NCBI GenBank assembly: GCA_015234465.1
Contig: JADGNA010000017.1
Coordinates: forward strand, 29,861-93,860
DNA from: Salinibacterium sp.
GTDB taxonomy: Bacteria > Actinomycetota > Actinomycetes > Actinomycetales > Microbacteriaceae
Length of the DNA: 64,000 bases
Direction of reading: 5' to 3'
Shown: positions 22,302-38,037 of the stretch, one piece after another
Numbering within the stretch: position 1 is the stretch's first letter
How the letters are laid out: each line of letters begins with the position of its first letter
The notes under the pieces: generated by a model
The model's database searches: none
Told to the model about the DNA's origin: nothing
The model's input: the letters and a program-made list of their open reading frames with translations, nothing else
Program-made: the position numbers and the translations under genes

Positions 22302-23063
22302 ATGACCGTCTCCGTGAGAGTCATCCCGTGCCTCGATGTCGCGGCGGGACGGGTCGTCAAGGGGGTCAACTTCCTCAACCTTCGCGACGCGGGAGATCCG
22401 GTCGAGCTCGCGCGGCGCTACTTCGAGCAGGGCGCAGACGAGATCACCTTCCTCGACGTGACCGCAACGGTCGACGACCGGGCGACCATGTACGACGTGG
22501 TCCAGGCGACGGCCGAGCAGGTCTTCATCCCACTCACGGTGGGCGGCGGTGTCCGGAGCACGGATGACGTGGCCCGGCTGCAGGGGCACGGTGCAGACAA
22601 GGTCGGCGTCAACAGCGCGGCGATCGCTCGGCCCGAGCTGCTCTCCGAGATCGCTGACCGCTTCGGTTCGCAGGCACTCGTGCTCTCGCTCGACCTCAAG
22701 CGCTCCGAGCGCACCCCGTCCGGCTTCGTCGTGACGACCCACGGTGGCAGGACGGAGACCGAGCGCGACGGCCTGGAGTGGGCCCGCGAGGCGATTGAGC
22801 GCGGTGCGGGCGAGCTCCTTGTGAACTCGATCGACGCTGATGGCACGAAGTCGGGCTTCGACCTCGAGCTCATCACCGCCATGCGTGAGATCAGCTCCGT
22901 GCCGGTCATCGCGAGCGGGGGAGCCGGCGCCGTCGAGCACTTCCCGCCCGCGATCGCGGCGGGGGCCGACGCGGTGCTTGCGGCATCCGTATTCCACCTC
23001 GGCCAGCTGACGGTGGCCGATGTCAAGGGAGGCCTGCGCGACGCTGGCTTCACCGTGCGCTAG
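22302..23063 (+). CDS. hisF: Imidazole glycerol phosphate synthase cyclase subunit
   Basis: [19 protein letters not shown] and [11 protein letters not shown] motifs. Confidence 0.96.
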   Translation: MTVSVRVIPCLDVAAGRVVKGVNFLNLRDAGDPVELARRYFEQGADEITFLDVTATVDDRATMYDVVQATAEQVFIPLTVGGGVRSTDDVARLQGHGADKVGVNSAAIARPELLSEIADRFGSQALVLSLDLKRSERTPSGFVVTTHGGRTETERDGLEWAREAIERGAGELLVNSIDADGTKSGFDLELITAMREISSVPVIASGGAGAVEHFPPAIAAGADAVLAASVFHLGQLTVADVKGGLRDAGFTVR

Positions 23064-23075
23064 GAGGCCACGCTC

Positions 23076-23444
23076 ATGACCGGAGGCGATGTCAACGCAG
23101 TGATCGAGCGAGCGGTGTTCAACAGCGACGGGTTGTTGCCCGCCATCATCCAGCAGCACGACACCCTTGAGGTACTCATGCTCGGTTGGATGGACGCCGA
23201 GGCGCTTCGCCGAACGCTCACCGAGGGTCGGGTCACCTTCTGGTCTCGCTCTCGCCAGGAGTACTGGCGCAAGGGCGACACTTCGGGCAACATGCAGTTC
23301 GTCCGTGGTGCCGCCCTCGACTGCGACGCTGACACGATCCTCGTGAGCGTCGACCAGGTGGGGCCCGCCTGCCACACGGGGGCGCGGCGCTGCTTCGATG
23401 TCGACCCGCTCGAGCCGGCCTTGGGAAGTCCAGACAATGAATGA
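23076..23444 (+). CDS. hisI: Phosphoribosyl-AMP cyclohydrolase
   Basis: WSRSRQEYWRKGDTSGN and the C..D....V.Q.G.ACHTG motif. The hisF stop TAGGAGG supplies the SD. Confidence 0.92.
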   Translation: MTGGDVNAVIERAVFNSDGLLPAIIQQHDTLEVLMLGWMDAEALRRTLTEGRVTFWSRSRQEYWRKGDTSGNMQFVRGAALDCDADTILVSVDQVGPACHTGARRCFDVDPLEPALGSPDNE

Positions 23445-24960
23445 TTCGACCACACGGGCACAGTTCGATGCCCTGCTCCCGACGCACCGCGTCATCCCGG
23501 TGATCAGGGAGGTGTTCGCCGACGGCGAGACCCCGGTCGGCATCTACCGCAAGCTTGCCGACGGCCGCCCGGGCTCGTTCCTGCTCGAGTCGGCGGAACA
23601 GGGTGGCATCTGGTCCCGCTTCTCCTTCATCGGGGTGTCATCGTTCGGGGTGCTGACGGAGCACGACGACCGCGCCCGGTGGATTGACTACGGTCTCGGC
23701 GAGTCGAGGGCGTTCGGCGAGGCGATTCCCGAGGGTCCCCTCGCCGCGCTCGATCACCTGCAGCGCCGGTGGGCGACGCCGAAGGTCGAGGGGCATCCTC
23801 CTCTGACGGGCGGGCTCGTCGGGTTCATCGGTTGGGAGGCGGTGCGCCAGATCGAGCGTCTTCCTGATGCGCCCCCGGCCGACTACGACTTCCCCGGACA
23901 GGCGATGAGCTTCGTCTCGGAGCTCGCCGTCAAGGACCACCGCACCGGATCGGTGCTGCTCGTCGTCGCCGCACTCAACGACGGGGTGTCCACGCCGGAG
24001 GAGCTCTGGGCGGATGCCACGGCTCGCCTCGATGGCCTGCAGGAACGCCTCTCGCAGCCCGCCGAGGCGTGGTTGGCCGAGGTCGACATGTCGCTCGCCC
24101 CGACGCCGACGCCTCGCATCGCCGAGTCGGACTACACCGGCATGGTCGAGGCATCCAAGCGCTTCATCCGCGACGGTGACGTGTTCCAGGTCGTGATCTC
24201 CCAGCGTTTCGACCATGAGATCACAGCCGAGCCGATCGATGTCTACCGGGTGCTTCGCACGCTCAATCCGAGCCCGTACATGTACCTCCTCTCGCTCGAG
24301 TCGGCGACTGGCGAACCATACTGGGTCGTCGGCTCCTCGCCCGAGGCCCTCGTCAAGGTGCAGGACGGCCGCGTCTTCAGCCATCCGATCGCCGGCTCGC
24401 GCCCGCGCGGGGCCACGCCGGAGGAGGACGTCGCCTTCGCTGACGACCTGCTGCGCGATCCCAAGGAGCGGGCGGAGCACCTCATGCTCGTCGACCTCGC
24501 CCGCAATGACCTGCAGAAGGTGTGCGAACCGGGTTCGGTCGAGGTGACCGAGTTCATGCAGGTCGAGCGATACAGCCACATCATGCACCTCGTCTCGAGT
24601 GTCGAGGGCGACCTGCGGGACGAAGCGTCCCCGCTCAATGTCTTCACCGCGACCTTCCCCGCGGGCACACTCTCGGGGGCGCCGAAGCCCAGGGCGCTCG
24701 AGATCATCGATGAACTCGAGGTCTCCCGCCGCGGTCTCTACGGGGGAGTGGTGGGCTACTTCGGCCTCGCGGGTGACATCGACCTTGCTATCGCGATCCG
24801 CACCACGACGATCGCGGGCGGCGTCGCCCGAGTGCAGGCCGGCGCGGGTCTCGTCGCCGACTCCGACCCTGCGCTGGAGCACCAGGAGGCCAAGAACAAG
24901 GCAGCAGCACCCCTCCGCGCCGTCGCGATCGCGAATGCCATGCGGCGGATCGACGGATGA
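23437..24960 (+). CDS. trpE: Anthranilate synthase component I
   Basis: Chorismate-binding domain (GAGLVADSDP, PAGTLSGAPK). ATG 23437 overlaps the hisI stop by 8 nt. Confidence 0.94.
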   Translation: MNDSTTRAQFDALLPTHRVIPVIREVFADGETPVGIYRKLADGRPGSFLLESAEQGGIWSRFSFIGVSSFGVLTEHDDRARWIDYGLGESRAFGEAIPEGPLAALDHLQRRWATPKVEGHPPLTGGLVGFIGWEAVRQIERLPDAPPADYDFPGQAMSFVSELAVKDHRTGSVLLVVAALNDGVSTPEELWADATARLDGLQERLSQPAEAWLAEVDMSLAPTPTPRIAESDYTGMVEASKRFIRDGDVFQVVISQRFDHEITAEPIDVYRVLRTLNPSPYMYLLSLESATGEPYWVVGSSPEALVKVQDGRVFSHPIAGSRPRGATPEEDVAFADDLLRDPKERAEHLMLVDLARNDLQKVCEPGSVEVTEFMQVERYSHIMHLVSSVEGDLRDEASPLNVFTATFPAGTLSGAPKPRALEIIDELEVSRRGLYGGVVGYFGLAGDIDLAIAIRTTTIAGGVARVQAGAGLVADSDPALEHQEAKNKAAAPLRAVAIANAMRRIDG

Positions 24961-25568
24961 CGCGGCTCCTCCGCTCGAAGCCGATCGCGCTGGCAGTGAG
25001 CGCCCTCCTGGGCGGCGCAGTGCTGCTGGCATGGTCACAGACCTGGATCATCGGCACCCTCGCACCGGGCATCTCACTTGAGGAGCGCATCCCGGTCGGA
25101 GGAGACACTGCAGCGCCCGCCCTGGCGCCCCTTGCCCTGGCGATGGTGGCGCTTGTCGCGGCCCTCGCGATCGCGTCGCGCCTGGTCCGCGTGGTGCTCT
25201 CCGTCACCTTCATGATGCTCGGCGGCGCCGTCGTGGCGGTCGCCTCCGGAGCGCTCATCGAACCGCTCCGTGCGGCGACGGCATCCGTGGTCTCCTCGAC
25301 GGGACTTGAGGGTGAGGCCGCCGTCGCTTCCGCGGTCGTTGCGCTCGAGGTCACCCCGTGGCCCATGGTCGCCCTCATCGCCGGCGCGCTGGTCTTCGTG
25401 TGGGGCATCGTGCTGGCACTGACCTCGCGCGCTTGGGGCTTGGCCTCGGCACGCTACGACACCGCAGCCGGCACGATCGACACGACGGCAGCTGCTCCGT
25501 CGAAGGTCTCCGACTGGGACTCGCTCAGCGGCGGCGACGACCCGACGAGCCCTTCGGGGTCACGATAG
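24957..25568 (+). CDS. Trp biosynthesis-associated membrane protein
   Basis: Polytopic hydrophobic protein, translationally coupled to trpE (ATGA overlap). Occupies the conserved position between trpE and trpC in Actinobacteria. Confidence 0.7.
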   Translation: MTRLLRSKPIALAVSALLGGAVLLAWSQTWIIGTLAPGISLEERIPVGGDTAAPALAPLALAMVALVAALAIASRLVRVVLSVTFMMLGGAVVAVASGALIEPLRAATASVVSSTGLEGEAAVASAVVALEVTPWPMVALIAGALVFVWGIVLALTSRAWGLASARYDTAAGTIDTTAAAPSKVSDWDSLSGGDDPTSPSGSR

Positions 25569-25599
25569 ACTTGCCAAATCGCACCGAGAAGGAGTTTCA

Positions 25600-25830
25600 G
25601 TGAGCGACCACAACACCGATCCCGGCCACGGCCACTCTCCGGCAGCATGGACCGCCGTCACGATCATGCTCGTGGCCTTTGCCGCGGGCACGCTGGCGTT
25701 CTGGTTCGACATGCCTGCCCTGGTCTGGGCATCCGCCGGGCTCCTCGTCGTCGGCCTGATCGTGGGCTGGATCATGGCGAAGGTCGGTTACGGCGTCGGC
25801 GGGCACCGCTACACGCCGAAGGATCACTGA
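25600..25830 (+). CDS. Small two-TM membrane protein, HGxxPAAW family
   Basis: The GHGHSPAAWTAV motif is followed by two hydrophobic helices. SD GAAGGAG lies before GTG 25600. Confidence 0.65.
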   Translation: MSDHNTDPGHGHSPAAWTAVTIMLVAFAAGTLAFWFDMPALVWASAGLLVVGLIVGWIMAKVGYGVGGHRYTPKDH

Positions 25831-25836
25831 CCCGCA

Positions 25837-26610
25837 GTGCTAGATGACCTGTTAGCCGGGGCCCTTGCGGACGCCGAAGCGCGTCGTGCTGAGCGCCCCT
25901 TGCACGAGGTCGAGGCCCTCGCGCTCGCGCGTCCTCCGGCAATCGATGCGATCGAGGCGCTTTCTCCCGCAGACAGGGTGAAGATCATCGCCGAGGTCAA
26001 GCGAGCGAGCCCCTCGCGCGGCACCATGGCCGAGATCCCCGACCCCGCGGCCCTCGCGGTCTCCTACGAGACCGGAGGGGCGAGCGCGATCAGCGTGCTG
26101 ACGGAGCAGCGCAGGTTCGGTGGCTCCCTCGACGACCTCGCGGCCGTGCGCAGCGCCGTGGCGCTCCCCGTGCTCCGGAAGGACTTCATCGGCGACCAGT
26201 ACCAGGTCTTCGAGGCACGCGCAGCGGGAGCCGACATCGTGCTCCTCATCGTCGCCGCCCTCGACCAGGACCGCCTCGCTTCGCTGTACTCGCTGATTCG
26301 CCAGCTGGGAATGACGGCGCTCGTCGAGACCCACAGTGCCGAGGAATTGAGCCGTGCGCTCGACATTGGCGCTGGTCTGGTCGGCGTCAACGCCCGCAAC
26401 CTCTCGACCTTCGAGCTCGACCAGGACCTCTTCGGTGAACTCGCGGTGCAGATTCCGGCCGGCGTCATCCGGGTCGCCGAGTCCGCGGTGAAATCGGCAG
26501 CGGATGTCGCCCACTACCGCGCCGCAGGGGCTGACGTCGTGCTGGTCGGCGAGGCACTCGTCACCCAGGGCGACCCCGTGCGCACCCTCCAGGATTTCCT
26601 CGCCGTCTGA
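25837..26610 (+). CDS. trpC: Indole-3-glycerol phosphate synthase
   Basis: [18 protein letters not shown] and ESAV motifs. Confidence 0.93.
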   Translation: MLDDLLAGALADAEARRAERPLHEVEALALARPPAIDAIEALSPADRVKIIAEVKRASPSRGTMAEIPDPAALAVSYETGGASAISVLTEQRRFGGSLDDLAAVRSAVALPVLRKDFIGDQYQVFEARAAGADIVLLIVAALDQDRLASLYSLIRQLGMTALVETHSAEELSRALDIGAGLVGVNARNLSTFELDQDLFGELAVQIPAGVIRVAESAVKSAADVAHYRAAGADVVLVGEALVTQGDPVRTLQDFLAV

Positions 26611-26638
26611 CGGCCTCCAAGAACGGAACCCCAAGCAC

Positions 26639-27850
26639 ATGTCGCTGCGTGACAACACCGGCCCATTCTTCGGTGAATACGGCGGACGCTTCATGCCGGA
26701 ATCCCTCATCGCCGCCATCGACGAGATCGCCGAGGCCTATGAGGCGTGCCGCACGGATGAGTCCTTCCAGGCGGAGCTGCGTGAGCTGCACCGTTCCTAC
26801 ACGGGCAGGCCCTCGATCATCACGGAGGTGTCTCGCTTCGCTGAGCACGCCGGCGGCGCGCGGATCATCCTCAAGCGCGAGGACTTGAACCACACGGGCT
26901 CGCACAAGATCAACAATGTGCTGGGCCAGGCGCTCCTCACGAAGCGACTCGGCAAGACTCGGGTGATCGCGGAGACGGGCGCCGGACAGCACGGCGTCGC
27001 CACGGCGACGGCGGCAGCGCTCTTCGGGCTCGAGTGCACCGTCTACATGGGCGAGGTCGACACGCAGCGCCAGGCGCTCAACGTGGCACGCATGCGGCTG
27101 CTGGGTGCCGAGGTCGTGTCGGTGACGACCGGATCGCGCACCCTCAAGGATGCGATCAACGAGGCCTACCGGGAGTGGGTGACCTCGGTCGAGACCACCA
27201 ATTACGTCTTCGGAACGGCCGCTGGCCCGCATCCGTTCCCCCTGATGGTGCGCGACTTCCAGAAGATCATCGGTGAAGAAGCACGCGAGCAGGTGCAGGA
27301 GCTGACCGGTCGTCTTCCCGACGCCGTCGCCGCCTGCGTGGGCGGTGGTTCGAACGCCATCGGCATCTTCCACGCCTTCCTCGACGACCCCGATGTGCGT
27401 CTGTTCGGCTTTGAGGCGGCGGGCGATGGCGTTGACACGCCTCGCCACGCGGCCTCGATCGGTAAGGGCCGGCCAGGAGTCCTCCACGGGGCGCGCAGCT
27501 ACCTCCTGCAGGACGAAGACGGCCAGACGATCGAGTCCCACTCGATCTCGGCGGGACTCGACTATCCCGGTGTCGGGCCGGAGCATGCCTGGCTTGCGGA
27601 CATCAAGCGCGCCGAGTATCGCCCGACGACAGACACCGAGGCGATGGATGCCCTGCGACTCCTCAGCCGCACGGAGGGCATCATCCCCGCCATTGAGTCT
27701 GCGCACGCCCTCGCCGGCGCGCTCAAGCTCGGCAAGGAGCTGGGGCCCGAGTCCACGATCCTCGTGAACCTCAGCGGCCGCGGTGACAAGGATGTGGCGA
27801 CAGCCGGCGAATGGTTCGGGCTGTTCGACGAGGGGGCACGGCAGGCATGA
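26639..27850 (+). CDS. trpB: Tryptophan synthase beta chain
   Basis: [12 protein letters not shown]-terminus and the PLP lysine motif HTGSHKINN. The ORF-track start at 26504 overlaps trpC and was rejected. Confidence 0.96.
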   Translation: MSLRDNTGPFFGEYGGRFMPESLIAAIDEIAEAYEACRTDESFQAELRELHRSYTGRPSIITEVSRFAEHAGGARIILKREDLNHTGSHKINNVLGQALLTKRLGKTRVIAETGAGQHGVATATAAALFGLECTVYMGEVDTQRQALNVARMRLLGAEVVSVTTGSRTLKDAINEAYREWVTSVETTNYVFGTAAGPHPFPLMVRDFQKIIGEEAREQVQELTGRLPDAVAACVGGGSNAIGIFHAFLDDPDVRLFGFEAAGDGVDTPRHAASIGKGRPGVLHGARSYLLQDEDGQTIESHSISAGLDYPGVGPEHAWLADIKRAEYRPTTDTEAMDALRLLSRTEGIIPAIESAHALAGALKLGKELGPESTILVNLSGRGDKDVATAGEWFGLFDEGARQA

Positions 27851-28650
27851 ACGCATCACTGAACTCCACCACCGTCGAGTCCGTCATCCAGCGTCGGCGC
27901 GACGCAGGCAGCGGTGCGCTCGTCGGGTACCTGCCCGTCGGCTTCCCCGACCTCGCGACGAGTGTCGACGCGGCTGTGGCACTCGCGGAGAACGGCGTCG
28001 ATGTCCTCGAGCTTGGCGTGCCATACTCCGATCCCGTGATGGACGGCCTCGTGATCCAGCGGGCCACGCAGGAGGCCCTGAAGCAGGGCTTTCGCGTGCG
28101 TGACGTCTTCACGGCCGTCGAACAGATCCGGGCCCGCGTCGACGTGCCGGTGCTGGTCATGACCTACTGGAACCCCGTGCTCCAGTACGGGGTCGACCGT
28201 TTCGCCGACGAGCTTGTCTCCGCAGGGGGCGCCGGCCTCATCACGCCAGACATCACCCCCGATGCCGCCGACGACTGGATCGCCACGAGCGACAGGACCG
28301 GCCTCGACCGTGTCTTCCTCGCCGCGCCGACCTCGAGCGATGAACGCCTCAAGCGCACGGTGCAGGCGACACGCGGCTTCGTCTACGCGGTCTCGACGAT
28401 GGGCATCACTGGGCTTCGCACCGACCTGGATGCCGCGGCGCGCACGCTCATCGCACGCCTCCGCGTCGCGGGCGCGAGCACCGCGTGTGTCGGCATCGGC
28501 ATCTCGAACCCCGAGCAGGTGCACCAGGTCCTCGAGTACGCCGACGGCGCGATCGTGGGCACCGCGCTGGTGAAGGCTCTCGCCGACGGGGGAGTGTCGA
28601 AGCTCGCCGAGACTGCGGCGGCGCTTTCCGCCGGTACTACGCTTAACTAG
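27847..28650 (+). CDS. trpA: Tryptophan synthase alpha chain
   Basis: [13 protein letters not shown] motif. ATGA overlap with the trpB stop. Confidence 0.93.
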   Translation: MNASLNSTTVESVIQRRRDAGSGALVGYLPVGFPDLATSVDAAVALAENGVDVLELGVPYSDPVMDGLVIQRATQEALKQGFRVRDVFTAVEQIRARVDVPVLVMTYWNPVLQYGVDRFADELVSAGGAGLITPDITPDAADDWIATSDRTGLDRVFLAAPTSSDERLKRTVQATRGFVYAVSTMGITGLRTDLDAAARTLIARLRVAGASTACVGIGISNPEQVHQVLEYADGAIVGTALVKALADGGVSKLAETAAALSAGTTLN

Positions 28651-28704
28651 TTTTCCCCGCGGGTTGCCTGCTGTCGCAGCCCGATCCCGACGAAAGGTTG
28701 TCGC

Positions 28705-29745
28705 GTGTTCGTGCCTTCCAGCATTCCCAGCCCGAGCGAAGAGTGGCGCGCGTTCAACATCGGCGCCTGGCTGCGCGATCTCGGCCTTGAGTGGTTCACG
28801 CTCGACATCACCGTCGCGGCCTATGCGCTGTGCATCCTCACCGGCATCCTGGTGGCCGCGTGGCTGACGAACCATCGCCTGACCGCCCGTGGCGCCGAGC
28901 CCTGGATCGTCATCGACGTGAGCCTCTTCGCCGTCCTCCTCGGAATCGTCGGCGCTCGCATTTTCCATGTCGTGACCCATCCGGACGACTACTTCGGCGT
29001 GGGCGCAGACCCCTTCGCCGTGTTCCGGGTCTGGGAGGGCGGCATCGCGATCTTCGGCGCGCTCCTCGGCGGCGCGGTCGGCGCATACATCGGCTGCCGC
29101 ATGACCGGACTGCGGTTCTGGACCTACGCGGATGCCCTCGCGCCGGGCCTGCTCATCGCCCAGGCGCTCGGCCGCTTCGGCAATTGGTTCAACCACGAGC
29201 TGTTCGGCACCCCCACCGACCTGCCGTGGGGCCTCGAGATCGAGCCCGACAATCCCGCATTCCCGGTCGGACTCCCCGATGACACCCTCTTCCACCCCAC
29301 CTTCCTCTACGAGGTGATCTGGAACCTGCTCGGCGCGCTCGTCATCATCGCCGTCTCGCGTCGCTTGACGCTCCAGTGGGGGAGGACATTCGGCCTGTAC
29401 CTCGTCTGGTACGGGGCCGGTCGCATCGTCTGGGAGTCGATTCGTGTCGACCCGAGCGAGGTGTTCTTCGGCCTCCGAACGAACGTGTGGGCCGCCATCC
29501 TCGCGGTCGTCGTCGGCATCATCATCATGCTCGTGCAGGCCCGACGGCATCCAGGACTCGAGCCGAGCCCGTACGTGCCCGGTCGATCCTGGCAGCCGGA
29601 GGGTGTTGTACACTCTGACGACACTTACTCCGACAACGACGATGACTACAGGGCCGTGGTCAGTGCAAACGCCTCGTCGGACGAGGTGTCATCAAGCGAG
29701 ACTGCCACAAGCGAGTCGAGCACCACCCCCTCTTCCGGTCGGTAA
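28705..29745 (+). CDS. lgt: Prolipoprotein diacylglyceryl transferase (with acidic/Ser-rich C-terminal tail)
   Basis: GRFGNWFNHELFG and FHPTFLYE motifs. SD GAAAGG lies upstream. Same position after trpA as in mycobacteria. Confidence 0.9.
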   Translation: MFVPSSIPSPSEEWRAFNIGAWLRDLGLEWFTLDITVAAYALCILTGILVAAWLTNHRLTARGAEPWIVIDVSLFAVLLGIVGARIFHVVTHPDDYFGVGADPFAVFRVWEGGIAIFGALLGGAVGAYIGCRMTGLRFWTYADALAPGLLIAQALGRFGNWFNHELFGTPTDLPWGLEIEPDNPAFPVGLPDDTLFHPTFLYEVIWNLLGALVIIAVSRRLTLQWGRTFGLYLVWYGAGRIVWESIRVDPSEVFFGLRTNVWAAILAVVVGIIIMLVQARRHPGLEPSPYVPGRSWQPEGVVHSDDTYSDNDDDYRAVVSANASSDEVSSSETATSESSTTPSSGR

Positions 29746-29817
29746 TCAGCGAGCCGGAAAGAGTTTCTCCAGCGGGCCAGCGACGTCCCACTTGTTCCAA
29801 CCCTGAGGACGGTCCCC

Positions 29818-34384
<4,567 letters not shown>

Positions 34385-34392
<8 letters not shown>

Positions 34393-35839
34393 TCCGAAGG
34401 GATTCCTGAAGACCCGAGAACGTGAACTGCCCGCCCGCCGGCCTGTCGCCTTGCGCCTCATGGACTGGAAAGAGGTGTACGAGCAGGGCGATGCGGCGAC
34501 GCTGCGTCGTCAGGCTGGTCGCTGCATGGACTGCGGCATCCCCTTCTGCCATCAGGGCTGCCCGCTCGGCAACCTGATCCCCGAGTGGAACGACCTCATG
34601 CGGCGTGGGGAGGGTCGCGAGGCGATTGAGCGTCTCCACGCGACGAACAACTTCCCCGAGTTCACGGGACGCCTCTGTCCCGCGCCTTGTGAGAGCTCCT
34701 GCGTCCTCGGCATCAACCAGCCCCCCGTGACGATCAAGCAGGTCGAGGTGTCGATCATCGACCAGGCGTGGGGCAACGACTGGGTGCAGCCGCACCCGCC
34801 GGAGCGGCTGACGGGCAAGACGGTTGCCGTGGTGGGCTCTGGCCCCGCTGGCCTCGCCGCTGCACAGCAGCTCACCCGTGCCGGGCACACGGTCGCGGTG
34901 TTCGAGCGCGACGACCGCATTGGCGGCCTCCTGCGCTACGGCATCCCTGACTTCAAGATGGAGAAGCGGGTACTCGAACTCCGCCTGAAGCAGATGCAGG
35001 CAGAGGGAACCCGGTTCCGAGCTGGCGTGAACATCGGCGTCGACATCTCGTGGTCTGACCTTCGTGCCCGTTATGACGCCGTCGTCGTCGCGACGGGTGC
35101 GACGGTGCCGCGCGACCTCCCCATCCCGGGCCGTGACCTCGCGGGCGTGCACTTCGCGATGGAATATCTCGTTGAGCAGAACCGCGCCGTGGCCGGCGAC
35201 CAGGTCGTCGACCAGATCAAGGCCGAGGGCAAGCACGTCGTGGTTCTTGGCGGCGGCGACACCGGTGCTGACTGCATCGGAACGGCGCACCGTCAGAAGG
35301 CGCTCTCGGTCACGAACCTTGCGATCGGCAAGCAGCCGCCGGTCGAACGGCCCGATCACCAGCCGTGGCCGACGACTCCGACCCTGTTCGAGGTCCAGTC
35401 CGCACACGAGGAGGGCGGCGAGCGGGTGTACCTCGCCTCGACCGTCGAGTTCCTCTCCAACGACGTGGGTGAGGTCAGGGCGATCCGCGTCGCCGAGACC
35501 GAGTACCTCGACGGGCGTCGCGTGCCCAAGTCGGGCACGGAGCGCGAGATCCCTGCTGACCTCGTGCTGCTCGCGCTCGGTTTCACCGGACCGGAGCAAC
35601 AGGACCTCGAGGCACAGCTCGCCGTCCCGTTCGACGGCACCCTGCCGACACGCGGCGACAACTACGAGACGCAGCACCCCGGTGTCTTCGTCGCGGGCGA
35701 CGCTGGTCGCGGCCAGTCCCTCATCGTCTGGGCAATCGCCGAGGGCCGGGCGGCCGCGGCCGAGGTGGATCGCTTCCTCGAGGGCGACACGCTGCTTCCG
35801 GCCCCTGTCCGCCCGAGTGACCGGTCGCTGGCCCTGTGA
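34385..35839 (+). CDS. gltD: Glutamate synthase small subunit (NADPH)
   Basis: 4Fe-4S Cys motifs ([16 protein letters not shown]) and the dinucleotide fold [14 protein letters not shown]. Its GTG overlaps the gltB end, with a GGAGG SD. Confidence 0.95.
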
Positions 35840-35910
35840 TGCTTACGTCGGCGAGTGTTTGGCAATAGGCTTGGGAACCGTCCCAACCTGTGCCCGACGG
35901 AGAGAACTGA

Positions 35911-37383
35911 ATGAGACGCGCCAAGATCGTTGCTACCCTCGGGCCTGCGACCTCAAGCTATGAGAACATCCGGGCCCTGATCGAGGCGGGTGTCAACGTC
36001 GCTCGCATGAACCTCAGCCACGGCAGCTATGCCGTGCATGAAGAGGTCTACAGCAACGTGAGGCGCGCCGCAGCTGCGACGAATCGGCCCATCGCCGTGC
36101 TCGTCGACCTTCAGGGTCCCAAGATCCGTCTCGGCAAGTTCGCCGATGGCCCGCACTTCCTCGAGGTCGGCGATCGTTTCACGATCACGACTGAGGACAT
36201 CGAGGGCACCGCAGAGATCTGCGGCACGACCTACAAGGGCCTGCCTGCCGACGTGAAGCCGGGCGACGTCCTCCTGATCGACGACGGCCGCGTGAAGCTC
36301 AAGGCGATCTCCTCCGACGACACCAAGGTCGTCGCGGAGACGGTCGTCGCCGGCACGGTCTCGAACAACAAGGGCATCAACCTCCCGGGCGTCGCAGTCA
36401 ATGTCCCGGCCCTGTCCGAGAAAGACGAGGACGACCTGCGCTGGGGCCTCAAGCTGGGCGCCGACTACATCGCGCTGAGCTTCGTCCGCAACGCCGACGA
36501 TGTCGCCCGCGTGCACGAGATCATGGCGGAGGAGGGCATCCGCGTGCCCGTCATCGCGAAGATCGAGAAGCCACAGGCGGTCGACAACCTCGAGGCGATC
36601 ATCGACGCTTTCGACGGCATCATGGTCGCCCGCGGTGACCTCGGCGTCGAACTCCCGCTCGAGGCCGTGCCGATCGTGCAGAAGCGGGCGGTCGAGCTCT
36701 GCCGCCGCATGGCGAAGCCCGTCATCGTCGCGACCCAGATGCTCGAGTCGATGATCTCCAACCCGATTCCCACACGCGCCGAGACCTCGGATGTCGCCAA
36801 TGCTGTCCTCGACGGCGCCGACGCGGTCATGCTGAGTGGCGAGACGAGTGTGGGGGAGTACCCCGTCGTCACCGTCCAGACGATGGCCCGCATCATCGCG
36901 TCGACCGAGGACCACGGCCTCGAGCGGGTTCCTCCGCTCGGCACGAAGCCGCGGACGCAGGGTGGCGCGATCACGCTCGCGGCGGCAGAGGTCGCCGAGT
37001 TCGTCCAGGCCAAGTACCTCTGCGTCTTCACCGAGTCGGGCGACTCGGTGCGGCGCATGACGCGCCTGCGCAACCCGATTCCCATCCTTGGCTTCACTCC
37101 CGAGGAGTCCATTGAGCGCAGGATGTCGCTGAGCTGGGGTGTCGAGAGCTTCAAGGTCGCGCGTGTGACCCACACCGACGCGATGTACCGCCAGGTCGAC
37201 GAGGTGCTCCTCAGCAAGGGGCTCGCGGAGATCGGTGATCGCGTCATCGTCATCTCGGGTTCGCCTCCCGGAATTCCCGGCTCGACGAACGACCTTCGCG
37301 TGCACCGCGTGGGGGATGCGCGCAACGCCGTCGCGCCGGCCTGGGCCACCGAACTCCCCGGCAACGCGGTTCCGGAGTCCTAA
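35911..37383 (+). CDS. pyk: Pyruvate kinase
   Basis: [18 protein letters not shown] and [10 protein letters not shown] motifs. Confidence 0.96.
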   Translation: MRRAKIVATLGPATSSYENIRALIEAGVNVARMNLSHGSYAVHEEVYSNVRRAAAATNRPIAVLVDLQGPKIRLGKFADGPHFLEVGDRFTITTEDIEGTAEICGTTYKGLPADVKPGDVLLIDDGRVKLKAISSDDTKVVAETVVAGTVSNNKGINLPGVAVNVPALSEKDEDDLRWGLKLGADYIALSFVRNADDVARVHEIMAEEGIRVPVIAKIEKPQAVDNLEAIIDAFDGIMVARGDLGVELPLEAVPIVQKRAVELCRRMAKPVIVATQMLESMISNPIPTRAETSDVANAVLDGADAVMLSGETSVGEYPVVTVQTMARIIASTEDHGLERVPPLGTKPRTQGGAITLAAAEVAEFVQAKYLCVFTESGDSVRRMTRLRNPIPILGFTPEESIERRMSLSWGVESFKVARVTHTDAMYRQVDEVLLSKGLAEIGDRVIVISGSPPGIPGSTNDLRVHRVGDARNAVAPAWATELPGNAVPES

Positions 37384-37390
37384 ACCGGCT

Positions 37391-37864
37391 TCACGCCGGG
37401 CGAGACCCGAAGGGCGCGATCGCGAGCACCCGTCGCCCCTTCGGGTCTGAACGCGGTGCCATGTCGACGACGGCGAGCCTGTCGATGAGGTGCGAATCTC
37501 CGGCATACGCCCGCGCGTGATCCTTCATGGTGATGTGGGGTGAGAACGGATGCCGCGGCACGCCGGGTCCCGCCTCGACGAGTGCGTCTGTGAGCTTGTG
37601 CTGGAGGCCGAACAACCGCTCCTCATGGACGATGAGGTTAACCGGCACATCGTGGTCCCGCCCGAAGAGGGCCTCGTCGCCCACCGTGACGGTGAACGGC
37701 TTCTCGTCGTGCGCCACGGAGTGGACGAGCCGCACGATCTCGGCCAGCGAGACGCGCGCTGTGAACGGCGGCACGACAGTGATGTGGAGCGGCCACCGAT
37801 CGACGCGAAAGCTGTCGTCAACGCTGAGCGGCTCGACCGGGAGGACGAGGACGACGCGCTGCAT
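37391..37864 (-). CDS. 2H phosphoesterase superfamily protein (2'-5' RNA ligase / LigT-like)
   Basis: Two HxT motifs (WPLHITV and SPHITM). Start ATG 37864 is preceded on the - strand by TACTCT plus 6 nt. The track ORF extension to 38098 runs through the tRNA gene. Confidence 0.7.
   Translation of the reverse strand: MQRVVLVLPVEPLSVDDSFRVDRWPLHITVVPPFTARVSLAEIVRLVHSVAHDEKPFTVTVGDEALFGRDHDVPVNLIVHEERLFGLQHKLTDALVEAGPGVPRHPFSPHITMKDHARAYAGDSHLIDRLAVVDMAPRSDPKGRRVLAIAPFGSRPA
37403..37448. terminator. 12-bp inverted repeat just downstream of pyk, inside the 3' end of the convergent gene (possible terminator)
   Basis: AGACCCGAAGGG (37403-37414) pairs with CCCTTCGGGTCT (37437-37448). Only 7 nt separate the pyk and 2H-gene stop codons. 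Confidence 0.3.
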
Positions 37865-37870
37865 GTCGTC

Positions 37871-37876
37871 AGAGTA
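37871..37876 (-). promoter_or_regulatory. Candidate -10 hexamer TACTCT (leaderless promoter of the 2H phosphoesterase gene)
   Basis: On the minus strand: TACTCT, then 6 nt (GACGAC), then ATG 37864. Confidence 0.4.
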
Positions 37877-37915
37877 GCGAAGGCTTTCGGGGCCCCATCT
37901 GGGAGCTGGGTACTG

Positions 37916-37998
37916 TGCCGGTGGTGGGGGTCGAACCCACACGTCCTCTCGGACAAAGCATTTTGAGTGCTCCGCGTCTGCCATTCCGCCACACCGGC
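37916..37998 (-). tRNA. tRNA-Leu (anticodon CAA)
   Basis: Hand-folded: acceptor GCCGGTG/CACCGGC, anticodon loop CT-CAA-AA, long variable arm GTCC-GAGA-GGAC, T-arm GTGGG-TTCGACC-CCCAC, discriminator A. CCA is not encoded. Confidence 0.9.
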
Positions 37999-38015
37999 GC
38001 ACGTTGACCGGGATC

Positions 38016-38021
38016 AGAATA
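38016..38021 (-). promoter_or_regulatory. Candidate -10 hexamer TATTCT for tRNA-Leu
   Basis: On the minus strand, TATTCT lies 17 nt upstream of the mature tRNA 5' end, back-to-back (3 bp apart) with the pdtaR -10. Confidence 0.35.
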
Positions 38022-38024
38022 CCG

Positions 38025-38030
38025 TAGGCT
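38025..38030 (+). promoter_or_regulatory. Candidate -10 hexamer TAGGCT (leaderless promoter of pdtaR-like gene)
   Basis: TAGGCT, then 7 nt, then GTG 38038. Confidence 0.45.
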
Positions 38031-38037
38031 TTACCTC

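Noticed and set aside
29746-29817. Searched the gltB upstream region for a GlnR-type box (gTnAc-N6-GaAAc)
   Set aside because: Only isolated GAAAC/GTTTC half-sites are present, with no correctly spaced partner. That is not enough to call a site by eye.
37862-37998. Idea that tRNA-Leu(CAA) and the downstream 2H (LigT-like) RNA-end-processing enzyme form a co-transcribed tRNA-repair unit, or that the tRNA marks a genomic-island integration site
   Set aside because: The 2H gene has its own TACTCT-6-ATG promoter signature in the 51-nt gap, so co-transcription is not needed. No integrase, no direct repeat of the tRNA 3' end and no compositional break are visible on either side.
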